This document shows, one piece after another, positions 42,964-57,500 of a stretch of 64,000 nt of DNA (the first letter of the stretch is position 1; every line of letters begins with the position of its first letter). The notes beneath the pieces are model-generated. The model was given only the letters and a program-made list of their open reading frames with translations, was not told the DNA's origin and searched no databases. Origin of the DNA: Felis catus (taxonomy: Eukaryota); NCBI RefSeq assembly GCF_018350175.1, contig NC_058368.1, positions 63,242,001 through 63,306,000 of the forward strand, written 5' to 3'. A program made the position numbers and the translations under genes.

Positions 42964-45104
42964 ATCTGCCTAGTAATGATACTATTTTACCATCTCATTT
43001 ATTTTTTTTCTTTTTTTCTCTTCAAGAAATGTGCTTAATAAACAATTAGTAGAGATAATAATTGGCCAGTTTCTCTCCTTGTGCAGATGACATTTGAGTC
43101 CATAGTAGTGGTGAGACAAATTCAAGGGTGTATTTTACTAGCAAATAGGAAAGATTCTGTGTTCCTCTCCCCAGTCCAAAATTTTAATTGGATGGGTCAG
43201 ATGCCTCCAACGTGAGTAATTTAACATCTGAAGAGCATATTCTTACAAATCAGAAGAGGTTTCTCAGATATTTCAACATAGCAATGCATATTTCAAAATA
43301 TCTTTTATATTTTTTCAGAGACATTAAATCTTTCTGAAAAATGAAGTAGGTTAGAAATATTCAGGACAATTCAATGAGTAAATGAACAATGACACGTTTG
43401 ATATAAAACCAAACAGTTAAAATATTACAACCTATCTGTCACTTAAAACCACTGCCACGTACACTTCTTCATCCTCTTTAAATGTATTTGCCCACCCTTT
43501 ACTTTAGTATATTGGCAGAAATGTTAAAAAATATAACTAGCATATAGATCAATGTCAACTCTCCTGAATGTTCTGAGAGTCTTCTTCAAAAAGATGTGCA
43601 CACATTCCAAAAGGCCTGTGTGCTTATAAGTTACTATAGCTCAAATGCTGACTATATATTCTTGGTGCTAGTCAAACACTATGGAAATATTTAATGGTAA
43701 AGATAAACCAAGCATTTCTAGCCAGTCACTTTCAACTGAGATCAATACAGTGTAATGATGATTTAGGACGCTTCTTAGTTTAACTTAAGTAATTTTCCCT
43801 TCTCTCCTTTGAGATTGTAAATCTGACTAATTGCTTTACGCTCTCTAAAAATGCTTCTTCTTGCTAAGTATAATTGCTACGTCTGGATTCTTCTATGCCC
43901 CAAGTAATTTTATGGAGGGCTTACCTACTGATCTCATTATACTTCCAACTCTGATGTATCAGGCTCCATGCTGATATTTACCTACTTCAGTATACTTGAT
44001 AAATTAAAACCAGACCTTGTTAAATTTACCCATTTGAAGCACAAGTATCACAATCTAATATGGATTAAATTAAACTAATAGACATTTTGGTTCTTCCACC
44101 ATGGAATATATATTACTTGAATTCAATTTGACTACTGAAATACTAGTACTGAAGGAAAAAAATAATAAGGCTGTTTGTGAAATAGATGTGTTTGGGGAAA
44201 GAGTATTCTAGGATAATTTTTGAAGTAGAAAGGTGAAAATATTCTATCATGGCTTATTCAGCTCTGAACTATAAAAGTGGATTTCATGGAAGATAAAAAG
44301 GAAAACGAGAATGATAAGAGTAGTAAAAAAGTAAAAAATAATTGCTACATGGTGCTAACATCCCATTGTAAAGCTATTATTTTGATAACCGCAAAGAACT
44401 GCCCTTTTAACTTCATCTAACAAAGTTTATTTTTTTCACTTAGACCAGATTATTTCAGTCCCATTAAGAAAACCAATCCAATTTGTTGAACTTTTCTATT
44501 GCTTTGCTTCTAGGCTCACAGCTAGGGGGAGGGACAGTCCACAGGTTGTCAATTGGAGCCCCACTTCTTTGAAGTTTGTTAGGGTTATAGTTCCCTATGA
44601 AGATTTAATCTTTTGACTGTTTTCTCTGAGTAAAACCTTTGAGCAAATACATTTGCATCCACAGTGAGGTTTCACTTACCTGAAACAGTCTAAGAACAAG
44701 TGCTCTCACCTTTCTTAGTTTATCTTTGGAACATTTCTCTGCAGAAAATGTGTAGTGTACACCATTTAGAATATGGAGTAGATGTTCAAGTCAGCTCTGA
44801 GATTTAAATGTTAAGGAAAACACAGCCTTTCCAAGGGAAATTATTCCTCTAATCAAAGCTTTAGGACTTGGCATGGACATGTTTTTCCTACAGAGAATTC
44901 TTAGATGCAAACAAAAATGGACATTTCTAACTTGGATTGGTGCCACTTTAAGGGGAAAAATAAAATAAAAATTTTAAATGATTTTCAAAAATATAAAACA
45001 CAATCTATTATAAACAGAGTTTCCTGTAACATACAATAGGGATTTCTTTGATGAATGGGAAGTTCTTTGATGAATGTTAAACCAGACAATAAAGCACTTT
45101 GCGT

Positions 45105-46105
45105 CTATATTATTTATCTATTATTGGGTAACAAATTACCCTCAAACTTAGTAACTTAAAGTGATAAAAATTCATAAATCTTACAGTTTTAGTGCGTCAA
45201 GAATTAGCGAGTGGCTTAGCTGAATGATCTGACTCAGCTTTTCTCATGAGGTGATACTGGATGGGGCTGTGGGAAGCTAGTGGTTTGACTGGAATTCAAG
45301 AATCCTCCTCTAAATATGCTGACTTACGCAACTATTAGCAGAAGGTCAACACTCACACAGTTGTTGGCAGAAACCCTTGCTGACTTTTGACAGGAGCCCT
45401 CAGTTCTTTGCCACAGAGTGCTTTAATGTCCTCCTGACAAGGCAAATGGTTTCCCCCAGAGTGAGTAATCCAGGAAAGAGCAAAAAGATCACAATGCCTT
45501 TTGTCTCAGAAGTCATACACCATTACTTCTACCATATTCTATTTGTTAGAAATGAATCACTAAGTCAAGTTTAGTTTCAAGGGGGAGTGGAGATGAAGGG
45601 GAAGAATGTAAAAAATTTTATAGACATATTTAAAAACCACTGCAGTGTCCTCACCTACTGATATTTTGACAGGTAACACAATATTGTACTCATGGGGACA
45701 GATTTTAAGATGGCCTCCATGAGTTCACTGTCAGGTCTTTATGCCTTTGTTTAATCCTCTTCCATGAGTGTTGGCAGAAACTGGAATGTGGGAAAGGTGA
45801 TGGGATATACACAATTAATGTAAGAGTACAACACCTGTCCTGCTAGGGTCTCTGTCTGTCTCTGTCTCTGGCTTTGAAGAAGCAAGCTGACTTGAATCCT
45901 ACTGCCATTAGGAAATGAATTTTGCCATAACCTGAGCGAGCCTGGAAGCAGACTTTTCTCCAGTTGAGCCTCCAGTGGAGAATGCAGCCTTGCAGAAGAC
46001 CAGCAAAGCCATTCCTGGACTTCTTCCCCCAGACACTTTGAGTTAATGGGTATTGCTTTACACCACCAAGTCTGTGGCAATTTGTTATGCAGCAAAACTA
46101 ATACA
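45105..46105. mobile_element. Two adjacent MLT1 LTRs (~45105-45645 and ~45690-46105)
   Basis: gtaacaaattaccctcaaacttagt...; ttttaagatggcctcc...tttgttatgcagcaaaactaataca. Confidence 0.7.
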
Positions 46106-46701
46106 GTATTGAAGCCAGGAAACTCAAGTCTGGTTTATATATATTTTTAAATGTTTTCAGCCATAATACTTTGTAGAAATAAGTCTCTTCACATCTCAGA
46201 GCCTCAGTTTCCTCATCTGTTACAAAAGGGGGGGAGGGTGATTTTAGTCAGATCAATGATATGCCAACTGTTTTAGGTAATGAAACATTACATGAGAGGT
46301 CAAGACATAAAACAGCTAAAATAAATCTGTTTATTATGTAGGGAGAAGGTTGCTCAAATATCTGTCCCCCTACATTATAATCCAAGAGTTATAAATAGCA
46401 TAGATTGAATATCTTTGAATTGGATTGTTTTTAAAGAATCTAGATTCTTATAGCTTAAACATTTTGACAGATTCAAAAGAGAAAGAAAAATGAGGAAGTG
46501 TAATACACACTCATTCATCAAGTAGAAAAGAGAAATTTCAGGATATAGTATAAAATTTCATTCACTACTGGATAGCATAGCTTCTACCTCTGCTCACGCT
46601 TTCCTGATTTTGCCTGTCTCTATGAGGTATGCAGCAAACAAAAAACAGTAGAGGCGTTCAATGCCATTATCCTTTATGATTTTGATTTAAAAATAAAATA
46701 T

Positions 46702-47020
46702 GGGGTGTCTGGCTGGCTTAATTGATAGAGCATATGACTCTTGATCCTGTGGTCATGACTCCAGGCCCCACGTTGGACTTAGAGTTTATCTAAAAAATGT
46801 ATCTAGGGGCACCTGGGTGGCTCAGTCGGTTGGGCGTCTGACTTCGGCTCAGGTCATGATCTCACAGTCTGTGAGTTCGAGCCCCGCGTCGGGCTCTGTG
46901 CTGACAGCTTGGAGCCTGGAGCCTGCTCCCTGGATTCTGTGTCTCCCTCTCTCTCTGCCCCTCCCCTGCTCTTGCTCTGTCTCTCTCTGTCTCAAAAATA
47001 AATAAAAACATTAAAAAAAA
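46702..47020 (+). mobile_element. Short tRNA-derived SINE (46702-46797) with a Can-SINE (46806-47020) inserted at its tail
   Basis: two SINE heads; TSD aaaaaatgtatct. Confidence 0.85.
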
Positions 47021-47133
47021 TGTATCTGGATTTAGATCTAAATATATATCTGTTTCAAGGTCATGTGAAGTAACATAAACTTTTAAAAACAAACCAGAAA
47101 TCCACCCAATCTCAGTGGGAAGACATCAGTCAG

Positions 47134-47134
<1 letters not shown>

Positions 47135-47178
<44 letters not shown>

Positions 47179-47197
47179 TGTGTCTGTGTGTCTGTGT
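47135..47197. repeat. (TG)n microsatellite
   Basis: direct reading. Confidence 0.97.
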
Positions 47198-47244
47198 TTG
47201 CACATGCACACATATTGTTTGGGGAGGAGGATTAATAGTACTGG

Positions 47245-47755
47245 TAACAGTCTTACGATTGGTCCCAGTTCTTAACTCTTCCCTTTGTTTACACCCTTTG
47301 ATTAGAGAATTTCCAGTTCCTCTAAAAGTAGATTATATTTACCTACCCTTCACATTGGGGCTTGGCTGTGTGACTTGTTTTGCCTGGTGGCATATGAGCT
47401 GACGGGGCAATGTGCCAGTTCCAAGACTAGACCTTAAGATACCTCCCATCTTTTCTTATGTTGTCTTGTGCCTCTGTCATTTCCATGTGGAGGACATGCA
47501 CTATCAAGCCAGTTGGTCCAAGGAGGATGACAGACACATGACCAGAGCCACCCTAGACAACCTATAGATCTGTGATTAGAAGCAAAATTGCTCAAGCTGG
47601 CCCAGCCTGAAGAAGAACTGGTCACCTGAGCCAGTCTAAATCAGTCAGGTCTACTGAACCACAGATCTTTGCAAATAATTGATAGCTGTTTTAAGTCATC
47701 AAGTGTTGGGGTAATTTGTTACATGGTGTTATTGGTGTATAGCTAATGTATACAC
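47245..47755. mobile_element. MLT1 LTR
   Basis: tgtgacttgttttg...tgtgccagttccaagactagaccttaaga...gggtaatttgttac. Confidence 0.7.
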
Positions 47756-48074
47756 TGAGCAAACGTGTTAGAAAGAAAAGTTGTTCTCTCTTGCATTTAG
47801 CTTCTCAAAATACACTATATACCTTCCTTCCCTTATGTGTGCTAATAATTTAAAGCTCCTAACAGTTTTATTAATGATAGTTTTTATCTGCCCAACTAGT
47901 GACTCTGTCCCAGAGAAGCATTGGTAAAATTGTTCCATAATGGAAAAATGTCAATATTGAAAACATTAAAAGGCCAAATAACACATAAAATTGATATAGA
48001 GAATTAATGATCATTAGGATATTGTAAATAGCTGTTCTCTTCAATTGTACAAAAAGCATTGCTATCAAACAAGT

Positions 48075-48600
48075 TTTTAGAATATGAATCTTCTTGTTTG
48101 GTGCATACGCACATATCATTGCTACATCTTCTTGGTAAATTGACCCTTTTATCATTATGTAAAGTTCCTTTCTGTCTGGTCATCTTCTTTGCTCTGAAGT
48201 CTATTTTATCTGCTATTAACATAACCACTCTTGCTTTCTTTTGATTAATGTTTTCATGATATATATATGTTGAGTCTACCTGTATCATTGTATTTGAAGT
48301 GGATTTCTTATCAACAGAATATAGGTTAATAATTTTTATTCATTCTGTCAAACTTTTTTGATTAGTGTATTATACCATTTGTAGTTAGTGAAATTATTGA
48401 TTTATTAGGGTTAAGCCTACAGTTTTGTTTTCTGTTTATTTACTCTGCTTTCTTTTTCCTGCCTTCTTAAGGCTTCTTTGAACATAGTTTAGAATTCCAC
48501 TTTATCTGTAGTATTTTTTAATGTCCCTGCCACATTCTTTTTAACAGCTTCATAGAATTCCATTGTATGGATATACCATAACTTATTTAATCAGCTCCTA
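48075..48600 (-). mobile_element. Old L1 fragments
   Basis: reverse EN-like peptide (NINQKKARVVMLIADKIDF; MIKGSIYQED). Confidence 0.8.
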
Positions 48601-50204
48601 GTCCATTCTTTGTTCACAAACATAGCCTCTTTGAATTGATCTAACATCTGCAACTCCATACCTTTTTCAACTGTGATATTTACTATGTTAAGGATTTTTT
48701 TTCTAACATAGTATTTACAGTTTATTTTCCCTAGTAAAAGTGGTAATATTATTGAAAAAGTTACAACCTCCTTGGGCCTCATTTGTCATATGCAATATAA
48801 TGTGTACAAATACACTTGTATTTTCTCAGACCATACTAGTTATAAAATAAAAAAATCATATTAATAGGAATAAAGATTGTTTTGCCTCTAACAGTAGCCT
48901 CTATTATGAAACTCCTGAAATAATCCCTACATATATTTTTCTCAATGGCTATGCACATGCCTCTTGTATCTAATAATACAGCCCTCTTGTCAGTAATGTG
49001 GCGGGGACTATTTTTCTCTCCTTTTCTAGCTTTAGTTTCCTGAAGTGATGTGACAGAATATCTGATGTCCATTGAGTCATTCAAAAGATTCTCAATACCA
49101 CTAGTGCAATTTCTCCTAAAGAGGGTTTTTGTGTGTATCCAATGTTATCACACTGTGTTGGAGATTTTTTTGGTATTAGAAGTAGAATTACTATTTTCTG
49201 GTTGGGGAATTGATTTTATGTTTTCAAGGATGTGTCTATGAAGTACCAAATTCACTGTACACTTTTTGTTAGCCAGCTAATTTTTAAACTATAGATCTGA
49301 AATGGTTTATGCTTAACCAACTAATCAACTTAACTATCATAATTCCTATATCTTAAACTATGTGTTGCATGCTTATAATTAAAATTTCCATACCACTGTT
49401 TTTACTGAATATAGCATGACCATGAGTTGTTCATAATCAGATCCATAATTTCTCAAATCAATCAATTAATCAGTAATCCTCAAAAAAATATTTCTTGAAT
49501 ATTGGCTCATTCACGTGGCAGTAGTTTCAATGGTCCTGCATTACAGCCTTTGACTATATCATGAAAAAGCAGCAGATGCATTATTATATTCCTTTAAATT
49601 GGTGAGAAGTTAGTATTCAAACTATTAAATAAGGTGTTAACACTCTAATTCAAAGTTCTTCAGCTTTAGGGCATTGAATTGAATCTTCTAACAGTGTAAA
49701 AGATTTTTTCAAGGTAATTTTCTATTCCATTACCATATGTGATGCACAAGAGTATAGCTACACGTCATCTTGGTTTTGGGCTGATAGGTTTTTTACTGAG
49801 TATTTATAGAGCATATTATCCCATGTTGTAAGGCTTAGTGCATCATGCAGATCTTTTCAAATTTATTATTATGACTTCCTGCAAGAGCCATATCCATTTC
49901 AAAGATGGAAAAAAACCTGCAAAAACTTTGACCTTTTGATCCAGAGAATTAGCACACAAATGCAGACTTCTTAACCAGGAAGTCCAATTTGACATGCATT
50001 TCCCCATAAAGCCTCATCAGGTTGTCCTCACTGCACTAGTCTGAAAGAACAGTAAGTCTCCTGCAAACTTACATTTCATGGGCAACTTGCATTAATATAA
50101 TGTCTGGCAGGAAGAAATGGGAGCTTTGCAGTAACATGTATAAGTTTTAATAAAAACAGTCATACATTTGCATGTGACATTTTTGTATAGACATCATTCA
50201 GACA

Positions 50205-50430
50205 AATAGGCTGAAGTCTGGAGTCAGACAGCCTGGATTAAAATCCTGGCTTGGCCACTTAGGAATCTGAATTTAAGACAAGTTACTTATTTATTAGGCC
50301 TTATTTTCTTCATCTGTAGAATGGGGCTAGTTTTAATACCAACCCTCATGTATTTGTGAAATCACTAAATAAGATTATTCACATAAAGAACTTAGCAGAA
50401 TTCCTAACTCTTATGCAAAAAATGTTAAAA
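50205..50430. mobile_element. MIR
   Basis: ctggagtcagacagcctggattaaaatcctggc...ttcttcatctgtagaatggg. Confidence 0.75.
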
Positions 50431-52389
50431 ATCACAATTATTGTTATATTTATAACAATATATACTGTAAGACTTGATATATACTGTCTGATATTATTGT
50501 CTGATATATACTGTCAGACTTACTAGTGCACTATCATAATAATTGTACCAGAAAATGTAGTTAAAGATTATTTGAGGAACAAGAAGAAGAGAAAAATCAA
50601 AGTTCTAAATGCCAAAAGTCATGTGAGATCTGTTGTTTTATTTGCTAGGGTATCGATGTTATAAAAATATAATACTCAAGAGCCCACATCATCTATAAAG
50701 GAACACAAAACAGGCATTGCATCTTTATAAATAGGTAATTCTGGGGAGTAAACCCATACAATAAACACTAAAGTAAGCTTCAGAGACAAACACTTAAATC
50801 ATCATTCTCAAGTTAACATTTTCCAAAAGCTCATCTCATGTTAGTCTTTAAATCAGAATGTACCTTACTAAATATGCCTTATTTCTGCCTCTCAAGATGC
50901 CATTACATTTGCTTACTGAGCTCCTTCTTGAATGTAAGAAATAAAACATACCCATTGCCTTCCAGAGTTCAAAATCATATTGGCTCTTTAAATTAACAAC
51001 CATCTCTCCAGCAGAGGGAGCAAATAAGTTTCTGCATTTTCATTTTCATTGCTACTGAAAGGAACTTCCCTGAATTCCAATGGGCCATTGGATAAACCAT
51101 TTTGAATAAGAGGCTATATTAAAGAATATATTTGTAATAAAAATGTATGTAAGTAAACTCAATAGCAGATATTAAATGCTGATGAAATATTCATATGTGT
51201 AGGTCCTAAGCTTTTTATTTTCTAGAGGCAATATGTTTGTGAAAATTAAATTCAAAATATTAGCCAAAGAAAAAATATTTTTAAGCTCTTGAATACTAAA
51301 GTACATATATTTCATTTTCAGCAATAATCTGTTCTGGAATTTTTTAGCTTTGTTTTATTTTTCCTTGCCTCTTAGAAAACAATTAGGATAGAAGCATGTC
51401 AGATAAACAGCATCTTCTAAATTATTACATCTTCTGGAATAAGCTATTTATTATATAATATTTAATCTACCTTAAGACATTATAATTTATTTAGGCTTCA
51501 AAATCACAATATTTAGGTTTGATTAATATCAAATCATTTAATAATTTTAAAGTGGCTTTAAATTTTGATTTAGTAAAATACAAATAGTTTAGTGAGTTTT
51601 TTATATCTTATTTTAGTTTTTCTTTCATAGTCTTAGTAATAATGAATTAATAGTCTTAAGAATTAATGACTGTTTATTCTGAGAGATCCTAATAAGGTTT
51701 GAAAATTTATTATAGACTAAGTATAAATTTCCATTATTATAGAAAAGATTTTTTATATATACTAATGAATTTAGGTATATAAATTTAGGTATACATAAGT
51801 TTTTAAATTTTCAATATGTATCCTGGAACTAGGTCTGATTTGTTGGATTTCTTGAGTCAGCTGATCTATATCTAGCTATATATGTAACATATAAATTTTA
51901 TATAAATACACACACACACACACACACACACACATATTTATAAATATATAGCCAGGTGCAAGCAGCTTCAAAAACTGGTAGTACTTCTTCTATTTTAATT
52001 ACAAATATGGGAGAAAAGAACATATAACTCTAGTTAAATATCCCAGTCTGATGTTATCCTCAACATGACAATGTACTTACTGTAAGAGAAAATTATCACC
52101 TTCCCTAAAAAGGCTTACCAGGGCTTATTCACTAGGATTCTAGTTCAAGTCTGTTCTTCAGAGATGACTTCCATTTTCTTGTTCCACTGAATGGGAAAAA
52201 GAATGACTCTCTCCAATTCCAAATACCTAAAGGAATTTGGTGATGATTTCAATGACTTTATTAAGTTCCTTGGCTCATAATTGGTATCTCCTCTCTGCTG
52301 AAGATAATATACAAGGAAAAATAGTGACCCTTTTCTCAGTGAGTGCCACCTCTCTGCCTCTGGTCCAAGCCAGAAAGCCCCAAACCCTC

Positions 52390-52970
52390 TCTCTCTTAAA
52401 CATATCAAACACTTTGCTCCTCCCTCCAAAAGTCTGAATCTGTCTTCTGTTTTCTCTTTTCCTCCTGCATTACCCTTTCCCAGGACAGTCTCTCATTTGT
52501 AAGCTAACTAGACTCCAGACCAGCCCATTCCAGTTCACGCTACACACTGAAGCCAAACTTATTTCATTAAAATGCAAATCCTATCATGTTCATTTCCTAT
52601 TTTAATCCTGATTTCTAATTGCCCTAGTATAAAATCTAAACTTCTTCACATGGCTTACATGATCCTGAGCAATTTAGACTTGCTTGACTTTCCAGTTTCC
52701 TTTCTGCCATTGCTCTGTGCTCTAGACAAAATGATCCTTTGTCAGTCTTCAAACCTCTTCTTAACTTTGTCAAGCCTTTCCCTATGTCAGGTTCTCTCAA
52801 ACTCAGCACTGTTGGCATTTTGGGTGTGTTCATTCTTAGCTGTGGGGGCTCTCCTGTGCTTCTACCCACTTGGTGACAGTAGCATCCAGTCCCTAGACAA
52901 ACAAAAATGTCCTCCAGATCTTGCCAGATATTCCCAGGGGGTCTACATCATCTCATAGTAATAATCATTG
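52390..52970. mobile_element. L2 fragment followed by MER20-like hAT element (~52790-52970)
   Basis: aaaatgcaaatcctatcatg...ataaaatctaaacttct; cagcactgttggcattttggg...aaaaatgtcctccaga. Confidence 0.55.
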
Positions 52971-54850
52971 ACCTAAGTGAACTAACCCAATGCATGATTT
53001 TATATGCCAACTATGACAAGAGTTTTAAAAGATACATTTCTTCTGTTCCTGTTTCCCTCACCCTTCTTTCTCCCTGTCCCTAACCCTTTAGTCTCCCTCT
53101 CTAATAACAGTCCAGGGGTGAAATCTTTCAATGTTGACATGATAAGTCCAAGACCGTTGGGAACCAAGTTTTCTCCTTTGGCTTCATCAAAATAAGAGTC
53201 TTTCCTTCATCCACATAGCCTAAGATGGTTTACCACCACTGTTTACATTCTAGCCAACAGGAAAATATAAACCCAGAGAAATGAGTGTGTCCTTTCCTCT
53301 TAAGAGCACAACCTCAATGCACATGTCACTTCTACTAGCTTTAAAGGAAGCTGGGAAATATAAAAGCCAAGTTTCCATTACAAAAATAATATTAATAAAA
53401 ATAAATGAATGAATAAAAAATTGAAGTGGGGAGAATGCATATCAGGGAACAGTTATTACTTTTTGCCACAACTTATTTCTTGATCACCGAAATGCCTTAT
53501 ATGCACCTTACTTAAAAGAAATATATTCACCTCTTGCCCAAAGAAAACAACTACAAAATTCCAACCAGTTACTACACCTAGATCAAAGTCCAGGATCTCT
53601 GAGAAATAGTCTTCAGTATAAGCTTCAATATGGTTTCTCCTGATCAAGTAACTATGAAGTAAAAGGGATGTAATATATACCCCATCACTGTTTACACACA
53701 CATGCTCACAAACTCAACACCAATGATGTCATACGAGCAAAATAACAGTAGTTTTAAAATAAATAAGAACTTTCCTCCAAAAGAGGTAAGAATAGAAAAT
53801 GCACAGTTATCTCTGGTCCATAGGAATTATCAACTCCTGCTGGACAGCAGCTGGGAAGATGTTTAGCCTAACAAGAGTGTAGTGCCTGACCTGGGAAAGC
53901 CTATCTGGCAGCCCAATTCCTACACCCTTAATTTTGCTACTAGGATTTTTTTGTTCTTATTCTCTGTGGTCACATCAATAGTGGGAAAGAAAGGGAATTA
54001 TGCCCTTTCTAGGGGGCTAGACTTTTGCAGCATGTTCCCTGCTAGTTGTGGTTTGGATCCCTGAGGAGCTGAAATAATTACAGGTTTTTCTAGGTCAGGA
54101 TTATGGGATTGTTTTGTTTTGTTTTGTTTTGTTTTGATTTTTGTTTTGCTTATGGTAAATTTCTTTTTCTAGTATCCATTAGCAAGATTTCAGTAAGTTT
54201 TGAACCTGAAGATTTTTACTTGCTAGACTCTTGCCCTTCTAGTCTCCCTCTTTTCTCAACTTAATTGTGGCTTCCTTTGGAAGTTGAAAGAATGGGTTTA
54301 CAGAAGAAGGCAGAAATCTGCTCTTTGCTAATTACTGACAGAAATATATAACAGGACAAAATATTGGAGCCTCAGTCTTACCTCCCACTAAAGCAATCTC
54401 CTCAGAGCTGCCCTTTACAGCTGCTTTAATTAATTTAGGGTAAGATGTAGTTGATGTAGAGCCCCAATGACTAGCCTCATTCAATATAGATCATAATATT
54501 CTTGTAGATATTTTTTCTATGTTCACCAGCATCTAACACCAACTGTGACTTTTAGCAAGTGTTTAGTAACTGGCTTCCAGTGAACTTCAAAAGTAACTAT
54601 ATAGGGCCTGTGAAAAGCACCAAATTGGTGGAAGGCTTGGTGTAAGATGTCTAAAGGAGAGATCACTATGGCTGTGATTGCTACAGAATGCTATGGAAGG
54701 GTAGGATTTATGGAGAATTTTCCATGTCGTGGACTTTTTTTTTTTCTTTTAACTTCGTTATGTCATTAAACCTTCAGATCAATCCCATGAGATAAATGAT
54801 ACATTACCAGTTTACAAATGACAAAACCGAACTTCAAAGCTTCCTTCTTT

Positions 54851-55843
54851 TTTTTTTTTAATTTTTTTAACGTTTATTTTTGAGACAGAAGGAGACAGAG
54901 CATGAATGCGGGAGGGTCAGAGAGAGGGAGACACAGAATCTGAAACAGGCTCCAGGCTCTGAGCTGTCAGCACAGAGCCCAACGCGGAGCTCGAACTCAC
55001 GGACCAGGAGATCATGACCTGAGCCGAAGTCGGCCGCTTAACCGACTGAGCCACCCAGGCGCCCTAAAGCTTCCTTCTTTTTTTTTTTTTTTTTAATTTT
55101 TTTTTCAACGTTTATTTATTTTTGGGACAGAGAGAGACAGAGCATGAACGGGGGAGGGGCAGAGAGAGAGGGAGACACAGAACCGGAAACAGGCTCCAGG
55201 CTCTGAGCCATCAGCCCAGAGCCCGACGCGGGGCTCGAACTCACGGACCACGAGATCGTGACCTGGCTGAAGTCGGACGCTTAACCGACTGCGCCACCCA
55301 GGCGCCCCTTCCTTCTTTTTAAAAAATAAAATTCAGCGGCTCCTTGGTGGCTCAGTCGGTTAAGAATAAGACTTCAGGGGTGCCTGGGTGGCTCAGTCGG
55401 TTAAGCGGCCGACTTCAGCTCAGGTCATGATCTCGCAGTCTGTGAGTTCGAGCCCCGCGTCAGGCTCTGTGCTGACAGCTCAGAGCCTGGAGCCTGTTTC
55501 AGATTCTGTGTCTCCCTCTCTCTGACCCTCCCCCGTTCATGCTCTGTCTCTCTCTGTCTCAAAAATAAATAAACGTTAAAAAAAATTAAAAAAAAAAAAA
55601 AAGAATAAGACTTCAGCTCAGGTCATGATCTCACAGGTCATGACCTTGTGGGTTTGAGCCCCACGTCGGACTCTGCACTGACAACCCAGAGCCTGTAGCC
55701 TGCTTCAAATTCTGTGTCTCCCTCTCTCTCTCTGCCCCTCTCCCACTTGCACACTCTCTCTCAAGAATAAATAAATAAACTTAAAAAGAATAAACTTAAA
55801 GTGAATAAATAAACTTAAAAAATAAAATAAAAAATAAAATTCA
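54851..55843. mobile_element. Cluster of four Can-SINEs: 54851-55065(-), 55081-55308(-), 55336-~55828(+) interrupted by 55377-55600(+)
   Basis: each has a readable TSD (aaagcttccttcttt; ttccttcttt; aaaaaataaaattca; aagaataagacttca). Confidence 0.93.
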
Positions 55844-56225
55844 ACTGAGTAAGCTTTAAAGATCTTATTGGCCTTATACAATGATTTATTAATTGGGTAG
55901 TATCCAGTCTAACAGATAGAAAGTAGTTCCAAGGAACTATATAAAATTAAAAACTTTTATAGGCAGACAGGAGCCAAAACAAGGAAGTTATACCTGACAA
56001 AAAAAAAATGATTTGGTTGTTATTGCAAAGTTACTTTCCTTTAGCAGATGGCAGGAATCTCTTAGACAGATGACCTAACTAGTGTAGATCAAGTGATTCC
56101 TGGATGACTGACTTAAAACTCCATTTCTGAAATAGTTTAAACTGTAATTTAGTCTCAGTTTGGTGACATGGGGCTTAGTTTACATAAGCAACTCCATTTG
56201 GGGTCTACTCTTTTGTTTTTAATGT
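55844..56225 (-). mobile_element. Probable ERV LTR remnant
   Basis: layout resembles the 10056 LTR (aactgag...tttatt...acttttatag...aaggaa.tta). Confidence 0.5.
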
Positions 56226-56516
56226 TTCTCACTATTGCACCACTAGTAAGAGGCAGAGGTTGTATTCAAACCCACTTTTCCCAGATTTCAAAATCTTTGG
56301 TCTTCTTATTCTCTAGAACTGTCTCTTGTGATTTAGATAGGCCAATGAGAAGTTGGGGAGACTATTCTGAACACAGGATAGAGTCATAAGCAAATATTAT
56401 CAAAGAGAAAACAATGTTTGGAAGATAATTTATGTATATAGATCAGCCTGGATTGGGGGGGAAAGCAGGGTTTTGTATAGAAAAGAAGAAATTAATTAGA
56501 GATTAAATGGAGAATA

Positions 56517-57500
56517 GGGGCACCTGGGTGGCTCAGTCAGTTAAGCGTACGACTTCGGCTCAGGTCATGATCTTGTGGTCCGTGAGTTCGAGCCCCGCAT
56601 CGGGCTCTGTGCTGATAGCTCAGAGTCTGGAGCCTGCTTCAGATTCTGTCTCTGTCTCTCTCTGCCCCTCCCCCATTCATTCTCTTTCTCTCTCTCTCCC
56701 TCTCTGTCTCTCTCCCTCTCTCTCCCTCTCCCTCTCTCTCCCTCTCCCTCTCTTTCTCTCTCAAAATAAATAGACATTTTAAAAAATTTAAATGGAGAGT
56801 ACCCTGACATCAAAAAATATTTCAAGTAGTTTGATAACTAATGTTCCTTGAATGGACCTCCATTTTGCTGAATTCCAATACAGAACAAGTTGTACAATAG
56901 TAATCTTTTATTTTAAAAACCAATTTTTTAATGTTTATTTATTTATTTGTGAGAGAGAGACAGAAAGATGGATTGGTCGTGAGCAGGGGAGCGGGCAGAG
57001 AGAAAGAGAGACAGAGAATCCCAAGCAGGCTCCCCACTGTCAGCTCAGGGCCTAATGTGGGGCTCGAACGCATTAACCATGAGATCATGACCTGAGCCAA
57101 AAATCAAGAGTCGGATGCTTAACCAAGTGAGCCACCTAGGTGCCCCTGATAGACTTTTTAATGATTGCCCTCTTACTTTTATGAGGTAATTATTGTTTGA
57201 TTATCTGGAATAATGGTATATTGTTTTTGCTACATTAAGGAAAAATTGAATTTTTTTCTTTTACAAGTATAATTCATGGGGCACCTGGGTGGCTCAGTGG
57301 GTTAAGCAGCCGACTTCAGCTCAGGTCATGATCTCGCAGTCTGTGAGTTCAAGCCCTGTGTCAGGCTCTGTGCTGACAGCTCGGAGCCTGGAGCCTGCTT
57401 CTGTTTCTGTGTCTCCCTCTCTCTCTCTCTGCCCCTCCCCCATTCACGCTCTGTCTCTCTCTGCCTTTCAAAAATAAGTAAATGCTAAAAACAAATGACA
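56517..57500. mobile_element. Three Can-SINEs: 56517-56787(+), 56924-57146(-), 57278-57500(+)
   Basis: SINE heads and tails; TSD-like flanks ttaaatggag and tataattcatg. Confidence 0.9.

Noticed and set aside
46702..46797. tRNA gene
   Set aside because: A/B-box-like head but degenerate and followed by an A tail; a tRNA-derived SINE.
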